DNA of 64,000 nt, taken from contig JANXAC010000002.1 of assembly GCA_025061835.1 (NCBI GenBank), forward strand, positions 37,185 through 101,184, given 5' to 3'. The position numbers were made by a program, and so were the translations under genes. The DNA comes from Spirochaetota bacterium (GTDB taxonomy: Bacteria; Spirochaetota; Brevinematia; DTOW01). The notes beneath the pieces were generated by a model. It did no database searches. It saw only the letters and a list, made by a program, of their open reading frames with translations, and had not been told where the DNA came from. The stretch's first letter is position 1; every line of letters begins with the position of its first letter. This document shows, piece after piece, positions 20,370 to 31,450 of the stretch.

Positions 20370-20876
20370 TTAGGTTTTCATCAATCTAGCTAGTTCAACA
20401 TACTCCATAGCATTTGTCTTTATCTTCTCTATTTCTTCTTGAGAGAGTTCTCTGACGACCTTAGCAGGTGAGCCCAGAACCAAAACACCATCAGGTATCT
20501 CTGTTCTAGGAGTAATTAATGTCCCTGCACCTATTATTACATTTCTACCAACCTTCACATTATCCAACAGTATTGATCCCATACCAACTATAACATAATC
20601 TGATATAGTAGCACCATGAACTATCGCATTGTGACCTACAGTAACATAGTCACCTATTATGGTTGGAATACTATGGTTAACATGTATTACAGCATTATCT
20701 TGAATATTAGAACATCTACCTACCTTAACAAAACAAACATCACCCCTTACTACTGCTCCAAACCATACACTACTATCTTGACCTATCTCAACATTGCCTA
20801 TCACCCTAGCATTATCAGATATATACACGCTACTATGTATTTTCGGAAAATACTGACCAAAATTATAAACCTTCAC
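20370..20876 (-). CDS. gamma-class carbonic anhydrase family / hexapeptide-repeat protein
   Basis: Left-handed beta-helix hexapeptide repeats with His ligands (VIHVNHSIPTIIGDYVTVGHNAIVHGATI); 168 aa. Confidence 0.78.
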   Translation of the reverse strand: MKVYNFGQYFPKIHSSVYISDNARVIGNVEIGQDSSVWFGAVVRGDVCFVKVGRCSNIQDNAVIHVNHSIPTIIGDYVTVGHNAIVHGATISDYVIVGMGSILLDNVKVGRNVIIGAGTLITPRTEIPDGVLVLGSPAKVVRELSQEEIEKIKTNAMEYVELARLMKT

Positions 20877-21054
20877 AAAAGAATTAAAAACAAAACATCA
20901 GCAAAAAAACAAATTAAATAATATTAAACACTACTCTGAAAAAGTAGATAAGGTAAAGATTTGAAACTCCTGAGTCAAAAACTTCATAGAATTCCTGGCA
21001 ATTTACATAAGTAATCAGTAAAGTTTCATATCTCGCTATAGAAGTTATCTAAAT

Positions 21055-21084
21055 TTGTATTGAAAAACTCAAATTGGTTATAAT
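21055..21084 (+). promoter_or_regulatory. candidate sigma-70-type promoter of tuf (TTGTAT-N18-TATAAT)
   Basis: Perfect TATAAT at 21079-21084, TTGTAT at 21055-21060; AGGAGG RBS at 21108-21113, ATG 21119. Sequence-only prediction. Confidence 0.35.
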
Positions 21085-21118
21085 TAGTGTAAAATAAGTT
21101 TAGTTGTAGGAGGTTTTT

Positions 21119-22309
21119 ATGGCTGAAGGTAAGTTCGAGAGAAAGAAGCCCCACATCAATGTAGGGACTATAGGTCACGTTGACCACGGTAAAACAACTT
21201 TGACTTCTGCTATTACTAAAGTTCTATCAAAAAAGGGCTACGCTAAAGAAAAGAATTATGAAGATATTGACAATGCTCCTGAAGAAAAAGCTAGAGGTAT
21301 AACTATTCAGATTCAGCACATAGAATACGAAAGTGATACAAGACACTACGCACACATAGACTGTCCAGGACACGCAGACTATGTTAAGAATATGGTTACG
21401 GGTGCAGCACAGATGGATGGAGCAATACTTGTTGTCGCTGCTAATGATGGTGTTATGCCTCAAACAAGAGAACATGTCTTGCTCGCCAGACAGGTAGGTG
21501 TTCCTTACATTGTAGTATTCCTAAACAAGATTGATATGGTCGATGACCCTGAAATCATTGATATAGTTGAAGAAGATGTAAGAGATCTCCTGAAGAAGTA
21601 CGGCTACCCTGGTGACAAAGTTCCTATCATAAGAGGTTCTGCTTACAAAGCCATGACAAACCCTGACCCAAACACAGACGGTAAGAGTATATTAGAGCTC
21701 CTTGATGCTCTTGACAAGTTTATCCCCGAACCCGTTAGAGAGATTGATAAACCATTCCTTATGCCTGTTGAAGATGTATTCTCCATCTCAGGTAGAGGAA
21801 CTGTAGTTACCGGTAGAGTTGAGAGAGGTAAGATCACTCCAGGTGAAGAAGTTGAGATAGTAGGACTTTCTTATGAGGTCAAGAAAACTGTCGTTACATC
21901 AATAGAGATGTTTAGAAAGGAACTTGACTCCGCTATAGCCGGAGACAACGCTGGATTGCTTCTAAGAGGTATTGGAAAGGATGAAGTTTGGAGAGGACAG
22001 GTTATCTGTAAGCCTGGGTCAGTTACACCTCATAAGAAATTCAAGGCAGAGATATATGTTCTGAAGAAAGAAGAAGGTGGAAGACATACTCCATTCTTTG
22101 CTGGTTATAGACCTCAGTTCTTCTTTAGAACCGCAGATGTCACTGGAACTGTTACGAAGATACCAGGAGAAATGGTAATGCCAGGAGATAATGTGAATGT
22201 TGAGGTTGAATTAATATACCCTGTTGCTATGGAAAAGGGACTTAGATTTGCTATAAGAGAAGGTGGTAAAACAGTCGGTGCAGGTGTTGTAACAGACATT
22301 ATTGAGTAG
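21119..22309 (+). CDS. tuf: translation elongation factor Tu
   Basis: [11 protein letters not shown]-loop, DCPGH, NKIDMV and [13 protein letters not shown] motifs; 396 aa; AGGAGG RBS. Confidence 0.97.
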   Translation: MAEGKFERKKPHINVGTIGHVDHGKTTLTSAITKVLSKKGYAKEKNYEDIDNAPEEKARGITIQIQHIEYESDTRHYAHIDCPGHADYVKNMVTGAAQMDGAILVVAANDGVMPQTREHVLLARQVGVPYIVVFLNKIDMVDDPEIIDIVEEDVRDLLKKYGYPGDKVPIIRGSAYKAMTNPDPNTDGKSILELLDALDKFIPEPVREIDKPFLMPVEDVFSISGRGTVVTGRVERGKITPGEEVEIVGLSYEVKKTVVTSIEMFRKELDSAIAGDNAGLLLRGIGKDEVWRGQVICKPGSVTPHKKFKAEIYVLKKEEGGRHTPFFAGYRPQFFFRTADVTGTVTKIPGEMVMPGDNVNVEVELIYPVAMEKGLRFAIREGGKTVGAGVVTDIIE

Positions 22310-22322
22310 TTTCGGTGGTTCT

Positions 22323-22631
22323 ATGGTTTCAAAAATAAGAGTAAAACTAAAGTCATACGACGCTGAAGTAATTGACAAAACTGCCAAAGACATATGTAAT
22401 GTAGTCAAGAATGTAGGGGCTAAAACTGTAGGCCCCATACCATTACCAACAAAAATAAGGAGATACACTGTCTTAAGATCTCCTCACATAGATAAAGACT
22501 CAAGAGAGCATTTTGAATATAGACTTCACAGAAGGCTAATAGACATACTTGAGCCATCTCAAGAAGTTATAGATGCTCTCTTAAGATTGGAAATACTACC
22601 TTCAGTTGATGTGGAGATAAAACAAGATTAG
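22323..22631 (+). CDS. rpsJ: 30S ribosomal protein S10
   Basis: [20 protein letters not shown]...[15 protein letters not shown] matches S10. ORF track start 22302 is a TTG inside the tuf 3' end; the first ATG is at 22323. Confidence 0.93.
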   Translation: MVSKIRVKLKSYDAEVIDKTAKDICNVVKNVGAKTVGPIPLPTKIRRYTVLRSPHIDKDSREHFEYRLHRRLIDILEPSQEVIDALLRLEILPSVDVEIKQD

Positions 22632-22671
22632 TTATAGATCAAGAATACCTAGATTTTATTTGGAGGAAGTT

Positions 22672-23325
22672 ATGGGAAAGTCTTTTACCGGAAAGGGGCT
22701 TATAGGCAAGAAGATAGGAATGACGCAAATATTCGTTGGTGAAAACGTTGTTCCAACTACAGTTATAGAAGTAGGTCCTTGCACCATATTACAAGTCAAG
22801 ACACCTGAAAAAGACGGATACAGTGCAATCAAACTCGGTTTTGGAGCTGTCAAGTCTAGGGTAAAAGATAAGAGTGATAAGACAAAGTATAAGATAATAC
22901 ATAAACCTGCTATAATAAAAGAGTTTAGAGTTGATGACCCTACAAAGTTTAAGGCTGGAGATACTCTAGATGTTTCTTATCTTGAAGGCATCAAGTATGT
23001 TGATGTAAGTGGATACTCAAAAGGTAGAGGCTTTCAAGGTGTTATGAAGAGATGGGGCTTTTCCGGAGCTCCTGACTCACACGGACAATCGGTGTTCCAC
23101 AGAAGACCTGGTTCAATAGGACAGCATACATTCCCCGCTAAAGTATGGAAAGGTAAGAAAATGCCCGGTAGGATGGGTGGTGAAAAGGTAACAGTCCAAA
23201 ATCTGGAAGTTATTCATATTGATAAAGAGAAAAACCTTATCCTCGTTAAAGGAGCAGTACCTGGCTACAACGGCAGTTATGTTTTTGTGAGAGAGGCTAT
23301 CAAGAAATCAAATCTGGTTGGTTAG
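22672..23325 (+). CDS. rplC: 50S ribosomal protein L3
   Basis: GLIGKKIGMTQIF N-terminus and L3 body. Track start 22660 is TTG overlapping GGAGG (22662-22666); ATG 22672 lies 5 nt downstream of that RBS. Confidence 0.93.
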   Translation: MGKSFTGKGLIGKKIGMTQIFVGENVVPTTVIEVGPCTILQVKTPEKDGYSAIKLGFGAVKSRVKDKSDKTKYKIIHKPAIIKEFRVDDPTKFKAGDTLDVSYLEGIKYVDVSGYSKGRGFQGVMKRWGFSGAPDSHGQSVFHRRPGSIGQHTFPAKVWKGKKMPGRMGGEKVTVQNLEVIHIDKEKNLILVKGAVPGYNGSYVFVREAIKKSNLVG

Positions 23326-23332
23326 TTTATTG

Positions 23333-23421
23333 GGAGGGGTGGCCGAGCGGACGAAGGCGACAGTCTTGAAAACTGTAGTACCCTCTATAGGGTACCGGGG
23401 GTTCGAATCCCTCCCCCTCCG
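23333..23421 (+). tRNA. tRNA-Ser (anticodon UGA), class II with long variable arm
   Basis: Hand-folded cloverleaf: acceptor GGAGGGG/CCCCTCC, D-stem GCC/GGC, anticodon stem ACAGT/ACTGT with loop CTTGAAA (anticodon TGA at 23367-23369), 7-bp variable-arm stem GTACCCT/AGGGTAC, T-stem GGGGG/CCCTC with TTCGAAT loop, discriminator G; CCA not encoded. Confidence 0.85.
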
Positions 23422-23426
23422 ATCCA

Positions 23427-24308
23427 TCAAACATACTCTATTACTACACCTATCCTCTGCTTCCTCTTACAATCCTTGAAAAAGTATACTATTGATGTTT
23501 CAGTGAAAGGAAACTGTTGTTTATACTTACCGATACTTTCAGGCTTCATCACTCTGGTTATAACCATATCAGAAGTCTGCATCATTAGAGTATAGCCTCT
23601 ACCTCTTACAGGAATACTCTGAATGAAATCATTCCTAGCCAAAAATCCAATAATGTTATTCCTTCCCTCACTCTCAATGGACTTTGATATCTCATATATA
23701 TCTGACATACCAAGATAATCATTTATTCTTATAATAAGCATCTCAGAATTTACCATTAGGTCAACTCTAACTTTAGCACTAGACCTATTAAGACTTATGT
23801 TTGCCTCAACTATATTATCTATGATCTCTGAAGATGATATAATAATATGTGCCCTGTCAACTTTATCACCAACTTCAAAGTAATCTAGAAATGATACTAT
23901 GATGTCCATTAGTTCCTCAGGAATAAGTTTTATGTTACCTTCTAGTATAACTGAGTCTCTTTGAGTATTATTCATTATCTCAACAGGAATAAACGAATTC
24001 ACATCACTACCATGGTGTATCAAAGTGTCAATAATGCCTAATAAAAATTCTTCTTTATATGAAAGTGAAATGTTCCCTTTGTAGAACCTGTTGTAAGTTC
24101 CTGATATGAAAACTAGTATGTTTCTATTACCTTCTTTTAATAGATTGTTCCTTACAAAATTTATATATGCTGATGTATCAGTTATTACTATTTCGTTGTT
24201 AGGTATAAGGTAATATGGAGAACCTTTACCGTTCAATACTATAACATCAGAGTATATTCTTGAAAGTAGACTAACTATGCTATGATTACTACTTGCAATG
24301 ACAAACAT
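23427..24308 (-). CDS. hypothetical protein (293 aa)
   Basis: ORF track; last gene of the eno-rpmI-386aa-293aa same-strand series; no recognisable motif. Confidence 0.5.
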   Translation of the reverse strand: MFVIASSNHSIVSLLSRIYSDVIVLNGKGSPYYLIPNNEIVITDTSAYINFVRNNLLKEGNRNILVFISGTYNRFYKGNISLSYKEEFLLGIIDTLIHHGSDVNSFIPVEIMNNTQRDSVILEGNIKLIPEELMDIIVSFLDYFEVGDKVDRAHIIISSSEIIDNIVEANISLNRSSAKVRVDLMVNSEMLIIRINDYLGMSDIYEISKSIESEGRNNIIGFLARNDFIQSIPVRGRGYTLMMQTSDMVITRVMKPESIGKYKQQFPFTETSIVYFFKDCKRKQRIGVVIEYV

Positions 24309-24377
24309 ACATCAGATAATAGAAAAATATAAGAATTTTTAAGATTATTTCAAAAATTCTCTAGGAATGAAAACCTT

Positions 24378-25538
24378 TTAGTAAATTTTCTTGACAACTT
24401 TACCATTATAGAAGTACCTGAAACCTAGTAATCCTCTATTAACGAGCTCATTAACACTAGAAACTACCTTATCTTTCTCAAGACCTCTTAAACTACCAAA
24501 GTGCTCCCAAAGAAATCTATCATTCACACCCATAAGAGACTTTACTCCCTCTTCAAATTCTACATATTTACCTTGAAACGAACTACAGATTATTCTTTCG
24601 TTTCTATCTAGCACTTCTGTGTTGTTTTTGTTGTGTTTTAAATACTTTAGTCTTTTAGACATGAGATAGCAAGACAGATACTCTCTTTTATCTCCCTTAA
24701 ATCCAAGAAAGTTTAACCATTCAAGATACTCTTCTCTTAATCTAGGATACTTATCTAACCTTCTCGCCAATATTCCTTCATCCTTATGTGATACTATTAT
24801 CGTATAATTATCAGAAGGGATGTTTAGTGTATCGTGTATGAATTCTGAAAGTATTTTAGGTATCCTTATATAAACTACATTGTTAAAATTCACATTCCTG
24901 ACTAGGAAGCGAAATTTATATGGAACAACTAGAAAACCTCCTTCAACCTTGAACTTGCTCAAGACTACTCTTCTAGTATAAAAATCAATATCCTTAAGCA
25001 CTAAACAACTAATATCCTTTAGAGAGTTCTTGATCAAAAGAGATTGAGTAATATCTTTTGATATGATTAAAGTCCTTCTCGTTTGTAGATTACCTAAATC
25101 TCTAGTAATGAATTCCAATTTTTTGCTAGTAAAAAACACAGATATCTTGTATTCGTAATTTTCTCTTACTTCAACCTTTAAACTAGAATAGGACTTTAGA
25201 CTCTTAAGAAATTTCCTCAAGTTTTTTCTGTTCATGCAGCCTGAAACGACAGAAACCTTCTTGAATTCTGATCCTCTAACAAATTCGTAGAGTTCTCTAT
25301 ACTTTTCTCTATACAGGGGTGATAGAGGATATATAAATTCAGGGTCTATGATGAACACCTCATGATCTCTAGTATCACCCTTGAAGAATTTGAATGATTT
25401 GTACCCGATAATTTTTAAAGGTGATAAATTTATAAACTCTTGGTTCAAGCGAGGATTTACAATAAGAGTTGGGGAGTCTAGCTTCACCACCTCCCCTAAC
25501 ATTATCTTCCTCTTTTCAGAAGGGAAGATTAAGTTCAT
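24378..25538 (-). CDS. hypothetical protein (386 aa)
   Basis: ORF track; start ATG abuts the rpmI stop (TAGATG). An alternative ATG 12 codons in (about 25502) has a better RBS (AAGAGGAAG). No recognisable motif. Confidence 0.5.
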   Translation of the reverse strand: MNLIFPSEKRKIMLGEVVKLDSPTLIVNPRLNQEFINLSPLKIIGYKSFKFFKGDTRDHEVFIIDPEFIYPLSPLYREKYRELYEFVRGSEFKKVSVVSGCMNRKNLRKFLKSLKSYSSLKVEVRENYEYKISVFFTSKKLEFITRDLGNLQTRRTLIISKDITQSLLIKNSLKDISCLVLKDIDFYTRRVVLSKFKVEGGFLVVPYKFRFLVRNVNFNNVVYIRIPKILSEFIHDTLNIPSDNYTIIVSHKDEGILARRLDKYPRLREEYLEWLNFLGFKGDKREYLSCYLMSKRLKYLKHNKNNTEVLDRNERIICSSFQGKYVEFEEGVKSLMGVNDRFLWEHFGSLRGLEKDKVVSSVNELVNRGLLGFRYFYNGKVVKKIY

Positions 25539-25733
25539 CTAGAAAATCATTCTCTTCACTTTCTTTGCTTGGGCGTAAGTGAGTTCTAACTCCTGACTAA
25601 GTCTTCTTTTTCTTCTTCTTGATTTGTCAGATAGTAAGTGTCTCATACCTTGTTGTCTTCTAAGTATTTTACCAGATCCCGTGATTTTAAACCTTTTCTG
25701 CGCAGAAGTGTTTGGCTTGTTTGACTTTGGCAT
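25539..25733 (-). CDS. rpmI: 50S ribosomal protein L35
   Basis: MPK...KRFKITGSGKILRR...HLL.DKS.RRKRRL matches bL35; GGAGG RBS upstream; 64 aa. Confidence 0.88.
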   Translation of the reverse strand: MPKSNKPNTSAQKRFKITGSGKILRRQQGMRHLLSDKSRRRKRRLSQELELTYAQAKKVKRMIF

Positions 25734-25748
25734 AATCTACCTCCGATA

Positions 25749-27059
<1,311 letters not shown>

Positions 27060-27498
27060 TTAAAATCTATATTTCTTTTTATTTTAAGTCCTCTTAAAAC
27101 TTCTTCTCAAGTTATCAAAGATTATAACAATAAAGTCTAAAATTTTTTGTGAGATGTTTCATAAAATAGTTTAAGGTTATGGAGATGGATATTTTTAGTA
27201 TATCACACCTCTTGCTACTCTGTTTTCTTTCTTTTCAAAACAACACCAAAAGGAGGTGATATGATGTGAGGAGAGATGATATGCAACATATACGAGAGGA
27301 CAAGAAAATTATGAAATACCTTAACGGGCATCTGGAGAACATATAAAAACAGACTTGTAGTTATCTGCTAGAGCAACACTTGATAGACACTAAAAGCATT
27401 AACTATACCCAAATAACTCTTAAATTTTGGAATTTATTGACTTCAGTCGCATCTAATTGAGAAAAACGATGCTACTAAATTAGAATTAAATTAGAAGT

Positions 27499-27903
27499 AT
27501 GAAAAAACTTATAATCAATGTTATCTGGTTAACACTCCTAGTGAGCAGTTGTGGGCTTGCTATAAGAGAAACTCCAGAGGAGATTGAAAAAGCAGATATT
27601 CAAGAAACCTACAGACTAGCGGTAAAATACTACTCTGAAGGGCTCATAAACGAAGCAAAGTTCTTATACCAAAAAGTAATAGAAAAGTATTCACAACTAC
27701 AATCACCTGGTGATAAAGATAGGAAAACTTACCTTTGGGCTATATACGAGATAGGTTTCATAGAATACTCTCAAGAAAGGTATGACAGTGCAATCTCATA
27801 TTTTGAAACGCTATTCAAAGAAGCAGGAACATTTGGCGACAGGCTACCACAAGTTGTGCTTGGTAAAAGGATTTATCTAAAAATAAAAGCCAAAAAGGGT
27901 TAA
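27499..27903 (+). CDS. small lipoprotein with helical (TPR-like) repeats
   Basis: Signal peptide ending in lipobox LVSSC; 134 aa with Tyr/Glu-rich helical repeats. Confidence 0.55.
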   Translation: MKKLIINVIWLTLLVSSCGLAIRETPEEIEKADIQETYRLAVKYYSEGLINEAKFLYQKVIEKYSQLQSPGDKDRKTYLWAIYEIGFIEYSQERYDSAISYFETLFKEAGTFGDRLPQVVLGKRIYLKIKAKKG

Positions 27904-27906
27904 ATA

Positions 27907-29148
27907 ATGATAGTGTTATTTGAAGACAAATATTCAGTTGAACGACTCTTCCCATTCTCACCTACACGACCACTACAGGACCTAAAGACAGGTATATTAA
28001 CAGTATATGAAAGACTATCCTACCTATACAACTTTGAAGTGAAGGTGATATCAAGAAAAGAGATGTTATTCTACTTTCCAGAGACTAAAGTTTTGTCTAT
28101 GCAAGATTTAACTAAAAAGAACGAAATAATATTCATAAACTCCTGTTATGTATATCCATCCGAAGATTTCAGAGCAAGCATGAACACCGTAGGAACTTAT
28201 GAAGGAACAATAATATACCTACACACAAGATCCAGTGAAATCCAAAAGCCAGAACTACTTTACGATGGACTGTATCAAAACGATATTCAGAAGATAAAAG
28301 ATTCTATAAATACACCTATTGAAGAAATAAAGATACAAAATCTAAAAAACTTCATCTTTTACCCGTGGGATACGGTTTATTTAAACTCATCTCTTATGGT
28401 TAAGGACTTTGAGCTTCTATCAAATAGGAACGAACTGATAGGAGGTAATCAGTCTAGCTTTGACGTACAAGGTAACAAGGAACTCTTATTTATATCTCCA
28501 AAAGCAGTAGTTTCAAAAGGAGTTTTCATAGATACAACTCAAGGACCTGTGTATATTGACTCTGAAGCAACTATACATCCACTCACAGTAATCACAGGAC
28601 CTACATACATAGGCAAAAGAACTGTAATAAGTCAAGCAAGAATAAGAGAAGGATGTAATATTAGGAATGTCTGTAAGGTATCTGGTGAGGTTGAAGAGAG
28701 TATAATTGACTCATACACGAACAAAAACCATGAAGGTTTCATAGGACACTCATACATAGGACAGTGGGTTAATATAGGTGCTATGGCAACAAATAGTGAC
28801 TTGAAAAATACTTATGATGAGGTAAAAGTTTTTATTCAACCTAGAAAAGTTATAAATACCGGAATCCTCAAGGTTGGATGTTTTATAGGTGACTTTTCAA
28901 AGATAGGTATAGGTGTATTGATAAATACTGGAACTGTGATAGGCGTCGGAGCAAATGTGTTTTTTGAAGGGGAACTCGTAAGAAAGTTTGTTCCAAACTT
29001 CGCATGGGGTGGTAAAGAACCTTACAAAAAATTTCCTTTGGACAGGTTCTTAAGTATGACTAAAACCATGTTCTCAAGAAGAGGCAAAAATTTTGATAAA
29101 TCTATTGAAGATCTATTAGTCAATCTTTATAATCAAAATAAGGTATGA
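27907..29148 (+). CDS. hexapeptide-repeat (left-handed beta-helix) protein, nucleotidyltransferase/acyltransferase-like
   Basis: C-terminal half has repeated [LIV]-G-x4 hexads (IGHSYIGQWVNIGAMATNS..., VGCFIGDFSKIGIGVLINTGTVIGVGANV); starts 4 bp after the lipoprotein gene stop. Confidence 0.5.
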   Translation: MIVLFEDKYSVERLFPFSPTRPLQDLKTGILTVYERLSYLYNFEVKVISRKEMLFYFPETKVLSMQDLTKKNEIIFINSCYVYPSEDFRASMNTVGTYEGTIIYLHTRSSEIQKPELLYDGLYQNDIQKIKDSINTPIEEIKIQNLKNFIFYPWDTVYLNSSLMVKDFELLSNRNELIGGNQSSFDVQGNKELLFISPKAVVSKGVFIDTTQGPVYIDSEATIHPLTVITGPTYIGKRTVISQARIREGCNIRNVCKVSGEVEESIIDSYTNKNHEGFIGHSYIGQWVNIGAMATNSDLKNTYDEVKVFIQPRKVINTGILKVGCFIGDFSKIGIGVLINTGTVIGVGANVFFEGELVRKFVPNFAWGGKEPYKKFPLDRFLSMTKTMFSRRGKNFDKSIEDLLVNLYNQNKV

Positions 29149-29229
29149 TAATTCCGATAATCTTTACCATAGTTTGAAAAGTTGTTTTACAGTAATTTAG
29201 TTAGCATAAAGGTCTAAAGCGGAGGTTGA

Positions 29230-29991
29230 ATGGAAAACTTGATAGGTATAGGGTATCTTAAATTCTTCAGTGAAGGAGATAATACTATGTATGATAAAGT
29301 TGACATAAATATCAAGAACGATAATGACTTTGTTGAATTAATTAACAAGTTCATAAAAGAAGGTAAATATTTCTACTTAAAGTTCTACGGTATATCACCA
29401 GAAATTGAAAGAAGGGTAAATCTAGCTATCACTAAGATTTTTGAGAATTACGAAAGGGGAGACTTATCTGACATTGTATATACTTGTGTTAAAGAACTAA
29501 TCCTCAACGCTAGCAAAGCTAACATAAAGAGAATAGTGTTTGAAGAACATAATGTTGATGTAAATGATGAAAAGAGCTTCTTGGTAGGTATGATGAAGTT
29601 CAAAGAAGAACTTTCCGAGATAAACCTACCTAAATATATTCCAAAACTAGCAAACAAGGATCTATACATAAGTGTAGCATTTTACCATTCCAAAGATGGT
29701 GTTAGGATTGAAGTTGTGAATAATGTAAGCATGAGTGAATTCGAAAACAAAAGGATAAGAGAGAAACTTAAGAAAGCGATGGGTTACGAAGATATATCAC
29801 AGTTTTACTTAGAACAAGGTGATGAACTTGAGGGAGCAGGATTAGGAATTGCCCTTATTGTAATGCTCCTTAAGGGAGTCGGTATTGACCCTTCACTTTT
29901 CAGAATATCCGGACCTAACAATAACTATGTCCTAGCCAGAATAGAAGTTCCTCTAACCGAAAATTATGTTAGTGTAAGAAAAAGAAATTAG
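29230..29991 (+). CDS. GHKL/HATPase_c-like protein (anti-sigma-factor-type kinase or histidine-kinase-like; tentative)
   Basis: N-box-like ELILNASKA, G1-like DGVRIEVVNN, G2-like EGAGLGIAL in the canonical order; GGAGG RBS 5 nt upstream of ATG. Confidence 0.42.
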   Translation: MENLIGIGYLKFFSEGDNTMYDKVDINIKNDNDFVELINKFIKEGKYFYLKFYGISPEIERRVNLAITKIFENYERGDLSDIVYTCVKELILNASKANIKRIVFEEHNVDVNDEKSFLVGMMKFKEELSEINLPKYIPKLANKDLYISVAFYHSKDGVRIEVVNNVSMSEFENKRIREKLKKAMGYEDISQFYLEQGDELEGAGLGIALIVMLLKGVGIDPSLFRISGPNNNYVLARIEVPLTENYVSVRKRN

Positions 29992-30066
29992 ACAAAGAAA
30001 ACACTAACTTAAAAGACAACTAAATTTCAGCAAACACTCTTAATAACTTAGAAAATTAATTTCGGA

Positions 30067-31281
30067 TTACTTATTCACAAGAAATCTACTCAACCAAAAA
30101 TCCGCTTCCTCTGGAATTAACCTTCTGGCTTTGAACAGTAGGTCTATTGCTTCCTTCTTCCTGCCAAGCGCATACTCGCTCCTTGCCAGATAAACCATAA
30201 CAAGTCCTTTAAGATAAGAATCCTCATCAAAATTCTCAAGCAACCCTCTCAATCTCAAACTACTTTCACTATAGTTTCTGACATTAAAGTAGTTCTTAAC
30301 TATATACTTTAGATTTCCTTCAAAATCACTATCACTGCTATACCCCAAAGTAGATTTGACACTAGACGAATCAAACTTTCCTGAAACAGGTATTCGGCCA
30401 CTTCCGTTAGTTATAAGAACGAGATTAGTTGTAAATGTCTTTACTTCATTGGTAAAAAAATTAGTTACATAATTAGTTATGAATACAGTATTTGTGGTAA
30501 CGTTCATGTTAGCATCAACTGACAAGGCTTTATCCATTGATGATCTTTGAACAATTAGATTGGTAGAAATTTTTGGAGAGGACATATCATCATACCTAGA
30601 TCTACTTACAACAACACTGTTATACTTCCTTGAAAAGTAGTAATTCGTAACACTCTTAAAAAATGGTATAACTATGTAAGAAAAATTAGTATCAGACGGA
30701 AGAATGTCAAACAATATCGTCTCATCAGGAGATAAAACTGATATTGGTTTCAAATTTTCTAGATTACCCTGAAAATTCTCATCAACTTTATACACGAAAT
30801 AACCATCACAACCATTAATCCTGCTCCATTTTATAACCACATTCCTAGAATCGTTTATGTAATCCAATTCAACTTTAGGTAATGGTGTATAAATAACAAA
30901 ACTGATAGAAACATTCTGCTCGGAAACAAACTCTAAAATATCCTTACCACCCTTATTCACAAAAACAATATAATAATTAGCTCCTATGTTAGGAGTTGGA
31001 TCTTTAACATATAGAAACTCCCCTCTTCTATCAAGTTCATCATACCTGTATGTTCCAACTTTAGTAATTAGGGAAATATTATTAGAAAACATAACAGAGT
31101 TTGATATGTAAATAGGGCTTCTATAGATGGAAAACGACACATTAGTATTCAAGGACTTCCAATAAACAAAAACATCTCCATCCTCCATACCATATGTTAT
31201 AAGCGAAACAACCTGTGCTATACAGATATTACCTAAAAAGAGAAATACAATAATTACCAAAAACCAAACAATCAACCTCAT
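30067..31281 (-). CDS. secreted/membrane-anchored hypothetical protein with C-terminal TPR-like helices
   Basis: N-terminal hydrophobic signal/anchor; beta-rich middle; C-terminal helical repeat region; 404 aa. Confidence 0.5.
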   Translation of the reverse strand: MRLIVWFLVIIVFLFLGNICIAQVVSLITYGMEDGDVFVYWKSLNTNVSFSIYRSPIYISNSVMFSNNISLITKVGTYRYDELDRRGEFLYVKDPTPNIGANYYIVFVNKGGKDILEFVSEQNVSISFVIYTPLPKVELDYINDSRNVVIKWSRINGCDGYFVYKVDENFQGNLENLKPISVLSPDETILFDILPSDTNFSYIVIPFFKSVTNYYFSRKYNSVVVSRSRYDDMSSPKISTNLIVQRSSMDKALSVDANMNVTTNTVFITNYVTNFFTNEVKTFTTNLVLITNGSGRIPVSGKFDSSSVKSTLGYSSDSDFEGNLKYIVKNYFNVRNYSESSLRLRGLLENFDEDSYLKGLVMVYLARSEYALGRKKEAIDLLFKARRLIPEEADFWLSRFLVNK

Positions 31282-31450
31282 AGCAGTTATATTATCGTAT
31301 AAGAAATATCAACAACTCAAACTCGCCACCTACAGACCTACTGTATCAAAAACTATCTATATTACCACTTCCTAACACTCATATTGCTAAATTCTATCTA
31401 TTGAAACATAACGTCTCACTCAATCTATTATTTAGAAGATGCTACAAAGT

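Noticed and set aside
23333-23421. Possibility that the tRNA is tRNA-Sec or tRNA-Leu
   Set aside because: Anticodon read as UGA (decodes UCA = Ser), not UCA (Sec) or a Leu anticodon; the 7/5 acceptor/T-stem layout is standard, not the 8/5 or 9/4 of tRNA-Sec.
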